Source: Candidatus Saccharimonadales bacterium
GTDB lineage: Bacteria > Patescibacteriota > Saccharimonadia > Saccharimonadales > EFPC-124
Length of the DNA: 64,000 nt
Reading direction: 5' to 3'
NCBI GenBank assembly: GCA_035457485.1
Contig: DATIBO010000006.1
Coordinates: 14,300 to 78,299, forward strand
Each line of letters opens with the position of its first letter. Position 1 is the stretch's first letter. Made by a program: the position numbers and the translations under genes. Positions 1 to 9,221 of the stretch are shown here, one piece after another. The notes under the pieces were generated by a model. It was given only the letters and a program-made list of their open reading frames with translations, searched no databases and had not been told where the DNA came from.

Positions 1-2
1 CA

Positions 3-1253
3 CTTTTGACTGTAAGTGGACAACTACCGCTGGAGTCCATAAAAGACACTTTGATCGTGGGAGAGCTCGCACTGGACGGCTCCGTTAGATCTGTACGCGG
101 AATTATAAACTTCGTCGAAACCGCGAAAATCAATGGATTTAAGAGAGTTATAGTCCCTACTGATAACGCAGATCAGGCGACCTTGGTGGATGGAATTGAA
201 GTCCTAGCGGTGGGATCGCTTAAGGAAACTTTTGAACACTTTGCCAAGATGAAGACGTTAAGCTCCACGCCAAGGAAGACTTTCACCTCTACAGCCGGGA
301 GCTCTACGCTTTTGAGTATTCGCGGTCAAGAACAAGCTAAACGCGCACTATTAATTGCGGCTTCGGGTGGACACAACTTATTACTCTCCGGACCACCTGG
401 GTCCGGCAAAACAATGCTAGCAAAGGCATTGAAAGAGATTCTTCCTCCACCTACAACAGATCAGGTAATCGAGATGACAAAAATTCATAGTCTATCTAGC
501 GCCAATTACGATCAGGTTATTACTGAAAGACCTTTTAGGTCACCACACCATAGCGCCAGCCACACCTCATTAGTTGGCGGGGGCAGAAACCCAAAACCGG
601 GCGAAATTAGCTTGGCGCATCATGGAGTGCTCTGTATGGATGAGCTACCAGAATATTCACGACAGGCCTTAGAGTCGCTCAGACAACCTTTAGAAGATCG
701 AGAAATTAGCATTTCAAGAGTGAGCGACCATGTAGTTTATCCTGCTGATTTTATCTTTATAGCAACTCAAAACCCCTGCCCTTGCGGATATCTTGGAGAC
801 AAAAAGCGCAATTGCAGTTGCACGTTGGCGCAAATTCAACTTTACAAAAAGAAAGTTTCGGGGCCACTGCTTGACCGAATAGATATGATAATCGATGTCG
901 GCCGAGTTGATCTAGATAAAATATTAGATCAAACTGACTCACCCAATCAAACAATTAATGAAGTTAGGCAATGCGTAATTAACGCCCGTCACATTCAAGA
1001 GAATCGTTATAAAAAGCAAGGCTCAACCAACTCACACCTACGTAGCGATGGCGTAAATAAGTTTGCAAAACTAGATCAGAGCTCGATAGTTTTGCTTAAC
1101 CAAGCCGCTAACAACTTGAGTTTATCTGCGAGGAGTTATTTTAAAGTAATTAAGGTCGCAAGGACCATCGCAGATCTGGAAAGTTCGGAGGCAATTCTCC
1201 CTCACCACATTTCCGAAGCATTACAATTTAGATTAAGAAGTAATTCATCTTGA
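3..1253 (+). CDS. comM: Mg-chelatase-like AAA+ ATPase, YifB/ComM family (5' end truncated by the window edge)
   Basis: Walker A LLLSGPPGSGKTMLAKAL and Walker B VLCMDELPE. C-terminal Cys cluster CPCGYLGDKKRNCSC is typical of ComM/YifB. The ORF runs off the left edge. Confidence 0.85.
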   Translation, partial: LLTVSGQLPLESIKDTLIVGELALDGSVRSVRGIINFVETAKINGFKRVIVPTDNADQATLVDGIEVLAVGSLKETFEHFAKMKTLSSTPRKTFTSTAGSSTLLSIRGQEQAKRALLIAASGGHNLLLSGPPGSGKTMLAKALKEILPPPTTDQVIEMTKIHSLSSANYDQVITERPFRSPHHSASHTSLVGGGRNPKPGEISLAHHGVLCMDELPEYSRQALESLRQPLEDREISISRVSDHVVYPADFIFIATQNPCPCGYLGDKKRNCSCTLAQIQLYKKKVSGPLLDRIDMIIDVGRVDLDKILDQTDSPNQTINEVRQCVINARHIQENRYKKQGSTNSHLRSDGVNKFAKLDQSSIVLLNQAANNLSLSARSYFKVIKVARTIADLESSEAILPHHISEALQFRLRSNSS

Positions 1254-1269
1254 ATTTTTTATCGACCTC

Positions 1270-1278
1270 TGCTAAAAT
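1270..1278 (+). promoter_or_regulatory. Extended -10 promoter element TGcTAAAAT upstream of infC
   Basis: TG at 1270-1271 and TAAAAT at 1273-1278. It lies 6 nt upstream of the TTG at 1285. Confidence 0.5.
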
Positions 1279-1284
1279 ATATCT

Positions 1285-1863
1285 TTGAATAGAGAGAAAG
1301 CAGCCATTAAAGGAGCAAATTCCATCAGTAAATCGGTTCGAATAAACGGGGCAATTAGAGCCTCTGAACTTCGTGTTGTCGGACCCGATGGAAACCAGAT
1401 TGGCGTACTGTCTAGATCAGAAGCACTTTCAGAAGCAGAAAAAGCCGGTTTGGACCTTGTTGAAGTCTCACCTATGGCAAGTCCACCAGTTGCTCGAATT
1501 GTTGATTGGGGTAAATACCTCTATCAAAAAACTAAAGAGCAACAAAAAAGTCGCAAGAACTCTAAGGCCGTTGAGGTCAAACAGATGCGAATGGGACTTA
1601 AAATTGGCGCCAACGACCTAGAAATCAAGCTTCGCAAGATTCGTGAATTTCTGGAAGCAGGTCATAAAGTTAAAATTATGGTCTTCTTTAGAGGTCGTGA
1701 GATGGCTCACCAAGAACTAGGCTACGATCTGTTAAGAAAGATTGCCGACCAACTTTCAGAAGTTGCCGTCGTAGATCAAAAGCCAATAATGGCAGGCAAG
1801 AATTTAGGAATTGTTGTAAGGAGTACCAATGCCAAAACTCAAAACCCATCGCGGAACAGCTAA
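1285..1863 (+). CDS. infC: Translation initiation factor IF-3
   Basis: [44 protein letters not shown] is a typical IF-3 N-domain, and the gene sits in an infC-rpmI-rplT operon. The start is ambiguous: TTG at 1285 (leaderless geometry) or in-frame ATC at 1324, 8 nt after AAGGAG. Confidence 0.9.
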   Translation: MNREKAAIKGANSISKSVRINGAIRASELRVVGPDGNQIGVLSRSEALSEAEKAGLDLVEVSPMASPPVARIVDWGKYLYQKTKEQQKSRKNSKAVEVKQMRMGLKIGANDLEIKLRKIREFLEAGHKVKIMVFFRGREMAHQELGYDLLRKIADQLSEVAVVDQKPIMAGKNLGIVVRSTNAKTQNPSRNS

Positions 1864-2023
1864 GCGCGTTAAAATTACCGGAAGCGGTAAGATTTTGCGT
1901 CGCCACGCTAGTAAGTCACACATGCTACAAAAAAAGAGCGAAGGTCGCAAGCGTAGGCTTTCAACTTCAGCTTCAGTAACAGGCGCAATTGGTCGAAACC
2001 TTAAGCGCGCACTAGGAGAATAA
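1829..2023 (+). CDS. rpmI: 50S ribosomal protein L35
   Basis: [27 protein letters not shown] is the L35 signature. The gene overlaps the infC 3' end. Confidence 0.95.
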   Translation: MPKLKTHRGTAKRVKITGSGKILRRHASKSHMLQKKSEGRKRRLSTSASVTGAIGRNLKRALGE

Positions 2024-2024
2024 A

Positions 2025-2366
2025 ATGAGAGTAAAACGAGGCGTTACAGCCAGAGCTAAACACAAGAAGATTTTAGACCTAACTAAAGGCATGCAAGCTG
2101 CACGCCGACGCTCTTACCGGCTTGCCAAACAAACCGTGATTCGGGCTTTGCAGTACGCTTACCGCGACCGCCGCAACCTTAAGCGCGATTTACGTGGCCT
2201 TTGGATAACTCGCATCAACGCCGCCGCTCGCGAAAACGACACAACTTACGGCAAACTTGTTGACGGCCTTAAAAAAGCTAATGTAGAACTTGACCGAAAA
2301 GTTCTTGCAGACATCGCCGTCTCTGCTCCGCACGCGTTTAGTGAAGTCGTAAAAGCTGCTAAATAG
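2025..2366 (+). CDS. rplT: 50S ribosomal protein L20
   Basis: [17 protein letters not shown]...[24 protein letters not shown] is the L20 signature. Confidence 0.95.
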   Translation: MRVKRGVTARAKHKKILDLTKGMQAARRRSYRLAKQTVIRALQYAYRDRRNLKRDLRGLWITRINAAARENDTTYGKLVDGLKKANVELDRKVLADIAVSAPHAFSEVVKAAK

Positions 2367-2380
2367 GCATTACATACAAT

Positions 2381-2410
2381 AAAAAAACCGCTCACATGAG
2401 CGGTTTTTTT
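2381..2410. terminator. Bidirectional rho-independent terminator (rplT on +, RNase P RNA on -)
   Basis: Stem CCGCTC/GAGCGG with loop ACAT, flanked by an A7 run upstream and a T7 run downstream. Confidence 0.8.
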
Positions 2411-2412
2411 AT

Positions 2413-2752
2413 ATCAGGTCACCTGTAAGCCGGGTTCTGTCGAGGATGATCATCTATCTAGTCCCAACGTTGCCGCAGGGATCAAGCGGATAATGGTCCA
2501 TTAGCGGATAGCTACTACGTAACATAGTAATGGTCCCCTTGCAGCGAACAGGGTTTACCTTCTTGCCATGTCACCATGACACGCTGTGGGCTCTTACCCC
2601 ACTCGTTTCATCCTTACCTTTTGCAAGGCGGTATCGTTTCTGTGGCACTTTCCCTAGGGTCGCCCCCGATTGCCGTTAGCAATTGTTCTTTATCCTTTGC
2701 TGCCCGGACTTTCCTCCTAAGCATGGCTTAGGCGATCATCCAGCAACCTGAC
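2413..2752 (-). ncRNA. rnpB: RNase P RNA (bacterial type)
   Basis: The minus strand reads GGAGGAAAGTCCGGGCAGC (CR-I), GGGAAAGTGCCACAGAAACGATACC, and ACAGAACCCGGCTTACAGGTGACCTGAT (CR-V) at the 3' end. The 5' TCAGGT pairs with the 3' ACCTGA to form P1. Confidence 0.85.
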
Positions 2753-2794
2753 GCATACAATTATACTATGTTAAGCAGCTAAAAGCAATTATGC

Positions 2795-3649
2795 TTACGC
2801 CTGCTCGTCTAGGATCTTATTAACCATAGCATCTGCTTCTTTATTAAACTCGCGTCTAACGTGCGAAAAAGATATATGCTTAAATTCCTTAGAAATGTTT
2901 TTGATGTATGTATGAATTGGCCAGAGATCACGATTTTTAATCTGATAAACGCCGTTTAGCTGATTTACTACCAACAAACTATCGAGCCTCACTTCAATCT
3001 CTCTACCACCAAGTTCACGAGCCTTGTCGAGCGCAAATCTTACGGCATTATATTCCGCCTGATTGTTAGTGGTTATCCCTAAGTATTTTCCACCTTCAAA
3101 AATAAGTTTCTCCGAACTATCTAGAATAACGAACCCTGACGCCGAAGGTCCTGGATTTCCACGTGACCCGCCGTCTGCGTATATGATCAAATGGTCCGTT
3201 TTTGTTGTTGTCTGCTCTACATTTACTTCGGGGGATACTTCTGGAACCTCGCCGCGCTCATCCAAGGCAAGGGCTCTGCTAGTTGTTTCTGTAACGTTAC
3301 TAAGATGGATTTCGCCCAATTTGATCCAGTCAAATTTATCATGCTCGCTGCTGAGCACAATTTTTCCTGTTTTTAATGTTGCCAAAAAGCTCAACACTAC
3401 ATACTGGTGATGTGAGTCATAGCTATCGAGCATCGAATGAACATCGTATAGCTGCAAGGACTCGATCTCTAAACCTGTTTCTTCTATTACTTCTCTTTGT
3501 AATGCAGCCTTTGGATCTTCACCAAAATCAACCTTACCTCCAGGTAATTCAAATAGACCAATATAGGCAGGGTTGCCAGAAGCGCGCCTGAGCAGCAAGA
3601 CTTTACTGTCTTGTTTAATTACGGCTCGTACGTGAAGTGTTTGTTTCAT
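2795..3649 (-). CDS. Fusion protein: N-terminal Nudix hydrolase plus C-terminal RNase HI
   Basis: A perfect Nudix box is present (GKVDFGEDPKAALQREVIEETGL). The C-terminal half carries the RNase H DEDD residues: IYADGGSRGNPGP, NNQAEYNAV, DSLLVVNQL, NKEADAMV. Confidence 0.8.
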   Translation of the reverse strand: MKQTLHVRAVIKQDSKVLLLRRASGNPAYIGLFELPGGKVDFGEDPKAALQREVIEETGLEIESLQLYDVHSMLDSYDSHHQYVVLSFLATLKTGKIVLSSEHDKFDWIKLGEIHLSNVTETTSRALALDERGEVPEVSPEVNVEQTTTKTDHLIIYADGGSRGNPGPSASGFVILDSSEKLIFEGGKYLGITTNNQAEYNAVRFALDKARELGGREIEVRLDSLLVVNQLNGVYQIKNRDLWPIHTYIKNISKEFKHISFSHVRREFNKEADAMVNKILDEQA

Positions 3650-3686
3650 ATTTATACTTTAGATCAAAACCCTAAATATTGCCATT

Positions 3687-3763
3687 TGGTCGGGATGACA
3701 GGATTTGAACCTGCGACCCCACGGCCCCCAGCCGTGTGCGCTACCGGGCTGCGCCACATCCCG
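3687..3763 (-). tRNA. tRNA-Pro (anticodon GGG), CCA encoded
   Basis: The reverse complement CGGGATGTGGCGCAGCCCGGTAGCGCACACGGCTGGGGGCCGTGGGGTCGCAGGTTCAAATCCTGTCATCCCGACCA folds as a cloverleaf. The anticodon loop is CTGGGGG. Confidence 0.9.
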
Positions 3764-3937
3764 TTAAAACATAAAATCCCACCGAACTAGCAGAGTGAAT
3801 AGAAATTCCCGCTTTTATTTGCAGGTGGGAATCATATTTTTATCCCACGGGACAAAAAGCTCAGATTCCCAAAAAAAGTGTGTTCAGGAAAATCATATCC
3901 ACCTTGCCGCGCTCGGTAGGACACTTTTATTATATCA

Positions 3938-4570
3938 CTATACTTGCGGCACACCTGTTATAAACGTAAAAATCACGTTCAAAAGTTGCGTAAACGGAGC
4001 CTCTAGGAACAAATAAAATATTGCGAAAAACCCAAATATCGCAAGCATTCCAGCCGATTCAATAATTTCCATACCCCTCCTGACAAAATCGGGGGCTAAT
4101 GCGTAAAGCAGTCTTGAGCCATCTAGAGGTGGAAAAGGAATCATGTTAAATAAGAAGAACGTTAGGTTAACTAAACAAAAATAGTAAACAAACCCTGTTA
4201 GCATTACAGGCATTGCGATAAATTGTAAAATTAGACCTGCAACCACGGCTAAAATTAGGTTCGTAAACGGCCCAGCTAGGGCTACGATCGCAGACCCAAA
4301 CTCTTCAAACTTGAGCCGATCTGGATTAAATGGTACTGGTTTGGCCATTCCAAATGGTGGCGCACCAATAGCAACCAGAAGCAATGGGAGTAAAATTGTA
4401 GTAAACAGGTCTATATGCGCAAACGGGTTAAAAGTTAGCCTGCCCATATGCTTAGCGGTGTCGTCACCTAACCAATACCCCATGTAGGCGTGCATAGCCT
4501 CATGTAGAGTTATCGAAATCAAGATTGAGACAAGAACAAAAACTAGTGTGATTATAACTTCTGGAGACAT
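3938..4570 (-). CDS. Site-2 protease family (M50-like) membrane zinc metalloprotease
   Basis: HEAMH (HExxH) lies in the first TM helix. The protein has multiple TM segments and the motif NMIPFPPLDGSRL. Confidence 0.75.
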   Translation of the reverse strand: MSPEVIITLVFVLVSILISITLHEAMHAYMGYWLGDDTAKHMGRLTFNPFAHIDLFTTILLPLLLVAIGAPPFGMAKPVPFNPDRLKFEEFGSAIVALAGPFTNLILAVVAGLILQFIAMPVMLTGFVYYFCLVNLTFFLFNMIPFPPLDGSRLLYALAPDFVRRGMEIIESAGMLAIFGFFAIFYLFLEAPFTQLLNVIFTFITGVPQV

Positions 4571-4577
4571 GTATATA

Positions 4578-4586
4578 AGTATAGCA
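4578..4586 (-). promoter_or_regulatory. Extended -10 (TGcTATACT) 7 nt upstream of ATG 4570; predicted leaderless transcript
   Basis: The minus strand reads TGCTATACT-tatatac-ATG. There is no Shine-Dalgarno sequence in the gap. Confidence 0.5.
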
Positions 4587-4655
4587 GTTATAACCTTGAC
4601 GTAACAGATGAAAAAGAGTAAAATTGTACAAGACTGTAAAAAAGAGAGATAAATT

Positions 4656-4847
4656 ATGGCATCTTATTGCGCACTAACTGGTAAAGGCAAACAATTTGGT
4701 AACAATGTTAGCTTTTCTATGCGTCACACAAAACGCGTATGGAAGCCTAACCTGCAGAAAAAAACCTTTGTTGTTGACGGTAAAAAAGTGACTATGGCAA
4801 TTAGCACTCAGGCTATCCGCACACTTAAGAAAAAAGGTATTCTTTAA
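4656..4847 (+). CDS. rpmB: 50S ribosomal protein L28
   Basis: CALTGKGKQFGNNVSFSMRHTKRVWKPNLQKK is the L28 signature. A promoter-like TTGACG-17-TAAAAT lies upstream. Confidence 0.95.
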   Translation: MASYCALTGKGKQFGNNVSFSMRHTKRVWKPNLQKKTFVVDGKKVTMAISTQAIRTLKKKGIL

Positions 4848-4871
4848 ATTATTTAATCATAAATTACCAAC

Positions 4872-4905
4872 AAAAAAACCTCGCATTTTATGGCGAGGTT
4901 TTTTG
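4872..4905. terminator. Bidirectional rho-independent terminator
   Basis: Stem CCTCGC/GCGAGG (4879-4898), flanked by an A7 run and a T6 run. Confidence 0.75.
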
Positions 4906-4916
4906 TTTGAGCCAGT

Positions 4917-5555
4917 TTATTTACTAAGAGCCAGCTTATAAATAGTTAGACTCGCAGGCAATAGACCGCTTTTAACCTTAAGTTTGGCGTACTCTTCTAC
5001 ATTAGCCCCACCAAGCTCTTTAACAAACTCATCCAGACCGGCCTGTTCTACTTCGTATTTAATACTCGCGTCGGCGTAATGCGTCGGGATCACAGTTTTA
5101 GGTTCAATCTTTTTAACGAGGTTCGCTGCCGATTTTGCATCAAGAGTGTATCCGTAGCCACCAACTGGCACAACTAAAATATCAACTACCCCTAGCGCTT
5201 CAAGCTGCTCATCGCTCAAATTTGGGTCAACATGACCTATGATGGCTATAGTTGTATCATCAATATTCAACTTATACATAGTTGCCGATTTGTCGTCATC
5301 TTTCAAAGAGCTATGTGGACGTGCTGCAATACCTTTTATGGTGCAGTTTTTGACTTCGTACTCACCTGGACCATCAATCAATACGACTTCTTCATCTGTA
5401 GGTTCAGACATAAAGGCATGTTTTGTTGCAATAAAAGCTACAGATTTGCCCTTGAAATCTTTTAGTCCAACACTTGATAATTTTGGATCAATCACAAACA
5501 CATCTTTTTTTCGGTCGATTGTAATGCAGTTAGCGCCTTTGTATTCAATATCCAT
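4917..5555 (-). CDS. MBL-fold metal-dependent hydrolase (UPF0173-like)
   Basis: The length and pattern (DIEYKGANCITI...IGHVDP...PTHY) resemble small beta-lactamase-fold hydrolases. The family assignment is from memory. Confidence 0.6.
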   Translation of the reverse strand: MDIEYKGANCITIDRKKDVFVIDPKLSSVGLKDFKGKSVAFIATKHAFMSEPTDEEVVLIDGPGEYEVKNCTIKGIAARPHSSLKDDDKSATMYKLNIDDTTIAIIGHVDPNLSDEQLEALGVVDILVVPVGGYGYTLDAKSAANLVKKIEPKTVIPTHYADASIKYEVEQAGLDEFVKELGGANVEEYAKLKVKSGLLPASLTIYKLALSK

Positions 5556-5557
5556 TT

Positions 5558-6157
5558 TTACTCCTCTTTAGCCCCTGAAAGAATCTGTTCGGTATCCTGT
5601 AGTAGCGTAAATTTATTATTAATTATATCCATAATGAACCGATCTTTAATACTTAATCTGTAATAAAAATCCTCATAGGTCATGGTCGTGTAGTTAAGCG
5701 AACGCTTTTCTTCGACTTCCAGTTCCTTGATGAATTTTTTGAGCTGAGTTTTATTTATGTCACCAACAAGTAGGACATCTACGCCGCCCTCACTACCTCT
5801 AACTAGACTACCGCTTAACAACGCTAATCTAATATCCCCAAGAGCCTTAAGCCTACTCGACCAGTCGCTTTTGGCGCCCTCGGTTGCCTGAGCGTTAAAA
5901 GCGCCATCCGAAAATATAGCTCGCAGCGGCTCATAATGAACATAGCTTTGATTCACCTCATAATAAAGGCGGTTATTGGAGCTATCACTTTTTATGATGC
6001 CGATACTCAACATATTAGCAAGTTCGCGACGCACGGAGTTGATTTGTTCGTCAATCTTACGGGTTATCTCGCGCACATAAAAAGCTCGGTTAGGATTATT
6101 CAAAAACAGATGTAAAAGTTTTACCCGAGTTTTAGAACCAAATAATGCGTCAATCAT
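5558..6157 (-). CDS. Winged-helix DNA-binding protein (ArsR-like N-terminus)
   Basis: FGSKTRVKLLHLFLNNPNRAFYVREITRKIDEQINSVRRELANM is typical of a wHTH domain. The C-terminal domain is unknown. Confidence 0.5.
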   Translation of the reverse strand: MIDALFGSKTRVKLLHLFLNNPNRAFYVREITRKIDEQINSVRRELANMLSIGIIKSDSSNNRLYYEVNQSYVHYEPLRAIFSDGAFNAQATEGAKSDWSSRLKALGDIRLALLSGSLVRGSEGGVDVLLVGDINKTQLKKFIKELEVEEKRSLNYTTMTYEDFYYRLSIKDRFIMDIINNKFTLLQDTEQILSGAKEE

Positions 6158-6163
6158 GTTTCA

Positions 6164-6192
6164 ACTATACCTTGTCTGAGTATTTATTGTAA
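6164..6192 (-). promoter_or_regulatory. Sigma-70 type promoter TTACAA-17-TATAGT, 6 nt upstream of ATG 6157 (leaderless)
   Basis: The minus strand reads TTACAA (6192-6187), a 17-nt spacer, TATAGT (6169-6164), tgaaac, then ATG. Confidence 0.6.
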
Positions 6193-6223
6193 CAAGATCT
6201 GTACATGTTGGGTATACTATTAC

Positions 6224-7096
6224 CTAATTAATCTTTTTAACAAAGTTATCTATAATGGGCTCCAGCTCATCAGGTACACCCCAGACAATGGACTTATTCC
6301 TTTTAAACCATGTCATCTGTTTTTTAGCTAAACGAATATCACTTTTTATAATTTCTTGCTTGGCTTGATCTAGATCAATTTCATCGTTTAGGTAACCTCT
6401 GAGTGAACGGTAAATATTACTCTTCATCGGTTCACAATTCCAGCCATACTTTTTTGACAGTTTCTTGGTTTCCTCGATTACACCACTTTGGAGCATTTGT
6501 TCCAAGCGTCTTTCGATTCTATTTTTCAGCTCGGTTCGTTCGTTGTAAATTCCAACAATAAGAGTGTTATCTCTTACAACGTTATCTTTTTTACTCAAAC
6601 CACCTACCTCTATAGCGCGAACCAAATAACGTTTGTTTGTAGAATTTTCAGGCAAACTTATTCCAAGTTCTTTGCACTTAGCTTGCAACTCTTCTATCGA
6701 AAGTTCATTAAGCGACTCTCGGTCATGCTGGCCTGGCGATCTGCCAAAAGAATAGTTATAAATAACCGAGTCTATGAACAAGCCGCTGCCGCCAACCATA
6801 ATCGGTATTTTACCCCTGTTCCAAACTTCATCAATAGTTTTAGTTGCCATTTTTTTAAAGTCAGCTACGGTAAATCGCTGATCCGGATCAACAATATTTA
6901 TCAAATGATGAGGATTTTTTTTAATGTCTTGTTCCGTAGGCTTAGCCGTGCCAATATCCATACCTCTATATATTGTCCGAGAGTCAGCAGAAATAATCTC
7001 TCCCTTGTATTTTTGAGCCATTTTAATAGCAAAGCTGGTTTTTCCGCTAGATGTAGGGCCTACTATTACCAGCAAAGGAGCTACTCCGGCCACCAT
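6224..7096 (-). CDS. miaA: tRNA dimethylallyltransferase
   Basis: VIVGPTSSGKTSFAIKMA...ISADSRTIYRGMDIGTAKPT is the MiaA signature. Confidence 0.9.
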   Translation of the reverse strand: MVAGVAPLLVIVGPTSSGKTSFAIKMAQKYKGEIISADSRTIYRGMDIGTAKPTEQDIKKNPHHLINIVDPDQRFTVADFKKMATKTIDEVWNRGKIPIMVGGSGLFIDSVIYNYSFGRSPGQHDRESLNELSIEELQAKCKELGISLPENSTNKRYLVRAIEVGGLSKKDNVVRDNTLIVGIYNERTELKNRIERRLEQMLQSGVIEETKKLSKKYGWNCEPMKSNIYRSLRGYLNDEIDLDQAKQEIIKSDIRLAKKQMTWFKRNKSIVWGVPDELEPIIDNFVKKIN

Positions 7097-7389
7097 AATA
7101 GCTCCTTTATATTAGCCTTGTACTCATCATTTATTACAACGTTCTCCTGCTCGAGCAGCTGTCTATGAATGTGTATTCCACCGGGCCAACCACTAGCCAA
7201 CTTGCCTTCGCGATTAACAACTCTGTGCCAGGGTAGATCTACAGGACCGAAATGCGCTACCTGTCCAACCTGCCTGGCGGCTCTTGGATTTCCGCAAAGC
7301 GCCGCAACCTGACCATATGTCATCAATCTTCCTGCGGGTATTTTAGCGACAAGTTCGTAGATTTTTTTACTAAAACTAATTTCAACCAT
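7081..7389 (-). CDS. Alkyltransferase-like protein (ATL; MGMT DNA-binding domain lacking the acceptor Cys)
   Basis: YGQVAALCGNPRAARQVGQVAH...PWHRVVN. The canonical PCHRV motif is replaced by PWHRV. Confidence 0.8.
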   Translation of the reverse strand: MVEISFSKKIYELVAKIPAGRLMTYGQVAALCGNPRAARQVGQVAHFGPVDLPWHRVVNREGKLASGWPGGIHIHRQLLEQENVVINDEYKANIKELLWWPE

Positions 7390-9221
7390 TAGTTAATATG
7401 TTGTAAAAATTCACTCAATTCCTCGAGAGAAACTTTACTCTCCTCGCCTTTAACCCTAGCGCTAACCTGTTTAGCTTCTACGTCTTTTGGACCAACGATA
7501 AGTTGCACTGGAATCTTAAGTTCCACGGCATCGCGGATCTTTCGACCTAGTGATTCATTGCGATCATCTACTTTATAACGTAGCTCGTTATACTTAAGTG
7601 GCGTCATTAAAACTGTTCCGCTCAAGACTGACTCAACTTCTTTAACGTACTCCAAGACAGTGTCATTAATTGTCAGAATCCTGATTTGTTCAGGAGCCAA
7701 CCAGAACGGTAGCCAACCAGCCGTTTTCTCGATCAAAATAGCCATAAAGCGCTCGTAAGAACCTAGAACAGCGCAGTGGACCATGACAGGAGTAGCATCA
7801 TTTCCGCTTTTATCAGTGTAAGTTAAGCCGAAACGCTTCGGAGTCGAAAAATCTAACTGAACAGTAGAAAGTTGACGCTCATTACCTAAGACATCCTTAT
7901 ACATAAAGTCTAATTTAGGACCGTACAATGCAGCTTCACCTTCCATTCTTTTGGCGTTCAGCCCAAGTTCCTTAGCTAGTTCTTCTAGCATATTCTCGGC
8001 CTTATCCCAGTCGGCCACATCACCCACATAAGCGTCGGGCTTACTGTAATCACGCACTGATAAAGAAACCCAGTGGTCGCCGTACATTCCTAAACTAGAA
8101 TGAAACTCCTCAACAAGTTTGCATAGACCCACTACCACCTGCTTGATTTGATCAGGAGTACAAAACACATGATTGTCATCGACAGTGATAGCTCGCACAC
8201 GGGTTAGCCCGCCGATTTGACCGGGCTTTTCATCTCGATACTGCATAGATGTCTGCGCGTAACTAATAGGTAAATCTTTGTAGCTACGTGGTTGCGATGC
8301 AAAAATTTGAGTATGATGTGGGCAGTTAACCGGCTTCATAACAAAATCCACATCGTAATGGCTCTGCACATTAAACAGTTCACCACTAAATTTTTGTGCA
8401 TGACCAGATATTTCATAAAGTTCACGCCTAGCTAAATGAGGAATTTCTACCTCCATACCACCATATTTTTTAGCAAACTGCGTTAGCATATCTTTTAATA
8501 ACCGTCTGATTGTAGTTCCACGCGGCGTAAACAGCGGTAGGCCCGGCCCGACTAAATCAGAAAATGCAAATAGGTCCATTTGCTTACCCAGTAAACGATG
8601 GTCACGAGCCTTAGCTTGTTCGAGCGCATCCAAATACTTATCTAGATCTTCTTGAGTTTTAAACGCTACGCCGTACAAGCGTTGCATCTGAGGATTACCC
8701 TCTTTGCCACGCCAATAAACACCAGAAATCTTCATCAATTTGAACGCGCCGACTTTACCAGTACTTTCAACATGTGGACCACGACACAAATCTTCAAAGT
8801 CACCATTGCTGTAGAAACCAACTTCATCTACCTTACTCTCACCTTCGGCAATTGTGCCTAGCTCTTCAGCATTCAGGTCTTTAGCAACCGTTGTGCCCGC
8901 ACGTTTAAGATCGTTGAGAAGTTCCAGCTTGTACGGTTGCTTTTTTTCTTTAGCCCACTTAATAGCATTATCTATTGTTTTTACAGATCGCTCAAATTTA
9001 TGGTCTTCAGCAATAACCTTCTTCATCTCTTTTTCTATCTTTGCAAAATCATCTTCTGAAACTTTTTTGTCGCCCAGATCAAGATCATAGTAGAAACCGT
9101 TATCAACTGCGGGGCCAACACCCAGTTTAACCTCAGGCCAAATTCTTTTTAAAGCAGTAGCAAACACATGCGCGGCCGAGTGACGCATTATTTGTAATTC
9201 ATCTTGTTTTTGGTTGGACAT
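7389..9221 (-). CDS. thrS: Threonine--tRNA ligase
   Basis: RHSAAHVFATALKRIWPEVKLGVGPAVDNGFYYD, class II motifs and an anticodon-binding C-terminus are present. The protein starts at the editing-domain region, so the N-terminal TGS domain appears absent. Confidence 0.95.
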   Translation of the reverse strand: MSNQKQDELQIMRHSAAHVFATALKRIWPEVKLGVGPAVDNGFYYDLDLGDKKVSEDDFAKIEKEMKKVIAEDHKFERSVKTIDNAIKWAKEKKQPYKLELLNDLKRAGTTVAKDLNAEELGTIAEGESKVDEVGFYSNGDFEDLCRGPHVESTGKVGAFKLMKISGVYWRGKEGNPQMQRLYGVAFKTQEDLDKYLDALEQAKARDHRLLGKQMDLFAFSDLVGPGLPLFTPRGTTIRRLLKDMLTQFAKKYGGMEVEIPHLARRELYEISGHAQKFSGELFNVQSHYDVDFVMKPVNCPHHTQIFASQPRSYKDLPISYAQTSMQYRDEKPGQIGGLTRVRAITVDDNHVFCTPDQIKQVVVGLCKLVEEFHSSLGMYGDHWVSLSVRDYSKPDAYVGDVADWDKAENMLEELAKELGLNAKRMEGEAALYGPKLDFMYKDVLGNERQLSTVQLDFSTPKRFGLTYTDKSGNDATPVMVHCAVLGSYERFMAILIEKTAGWLPFWLAPEQIRILTINDTVLEYVKEVESVLSGTVLMTPLKYNELRYKVDDRNESLGRKIRDAVELKIPVQLIVGPKDVEAKQVSARVKGEESKVSLEELSEFLQHIN

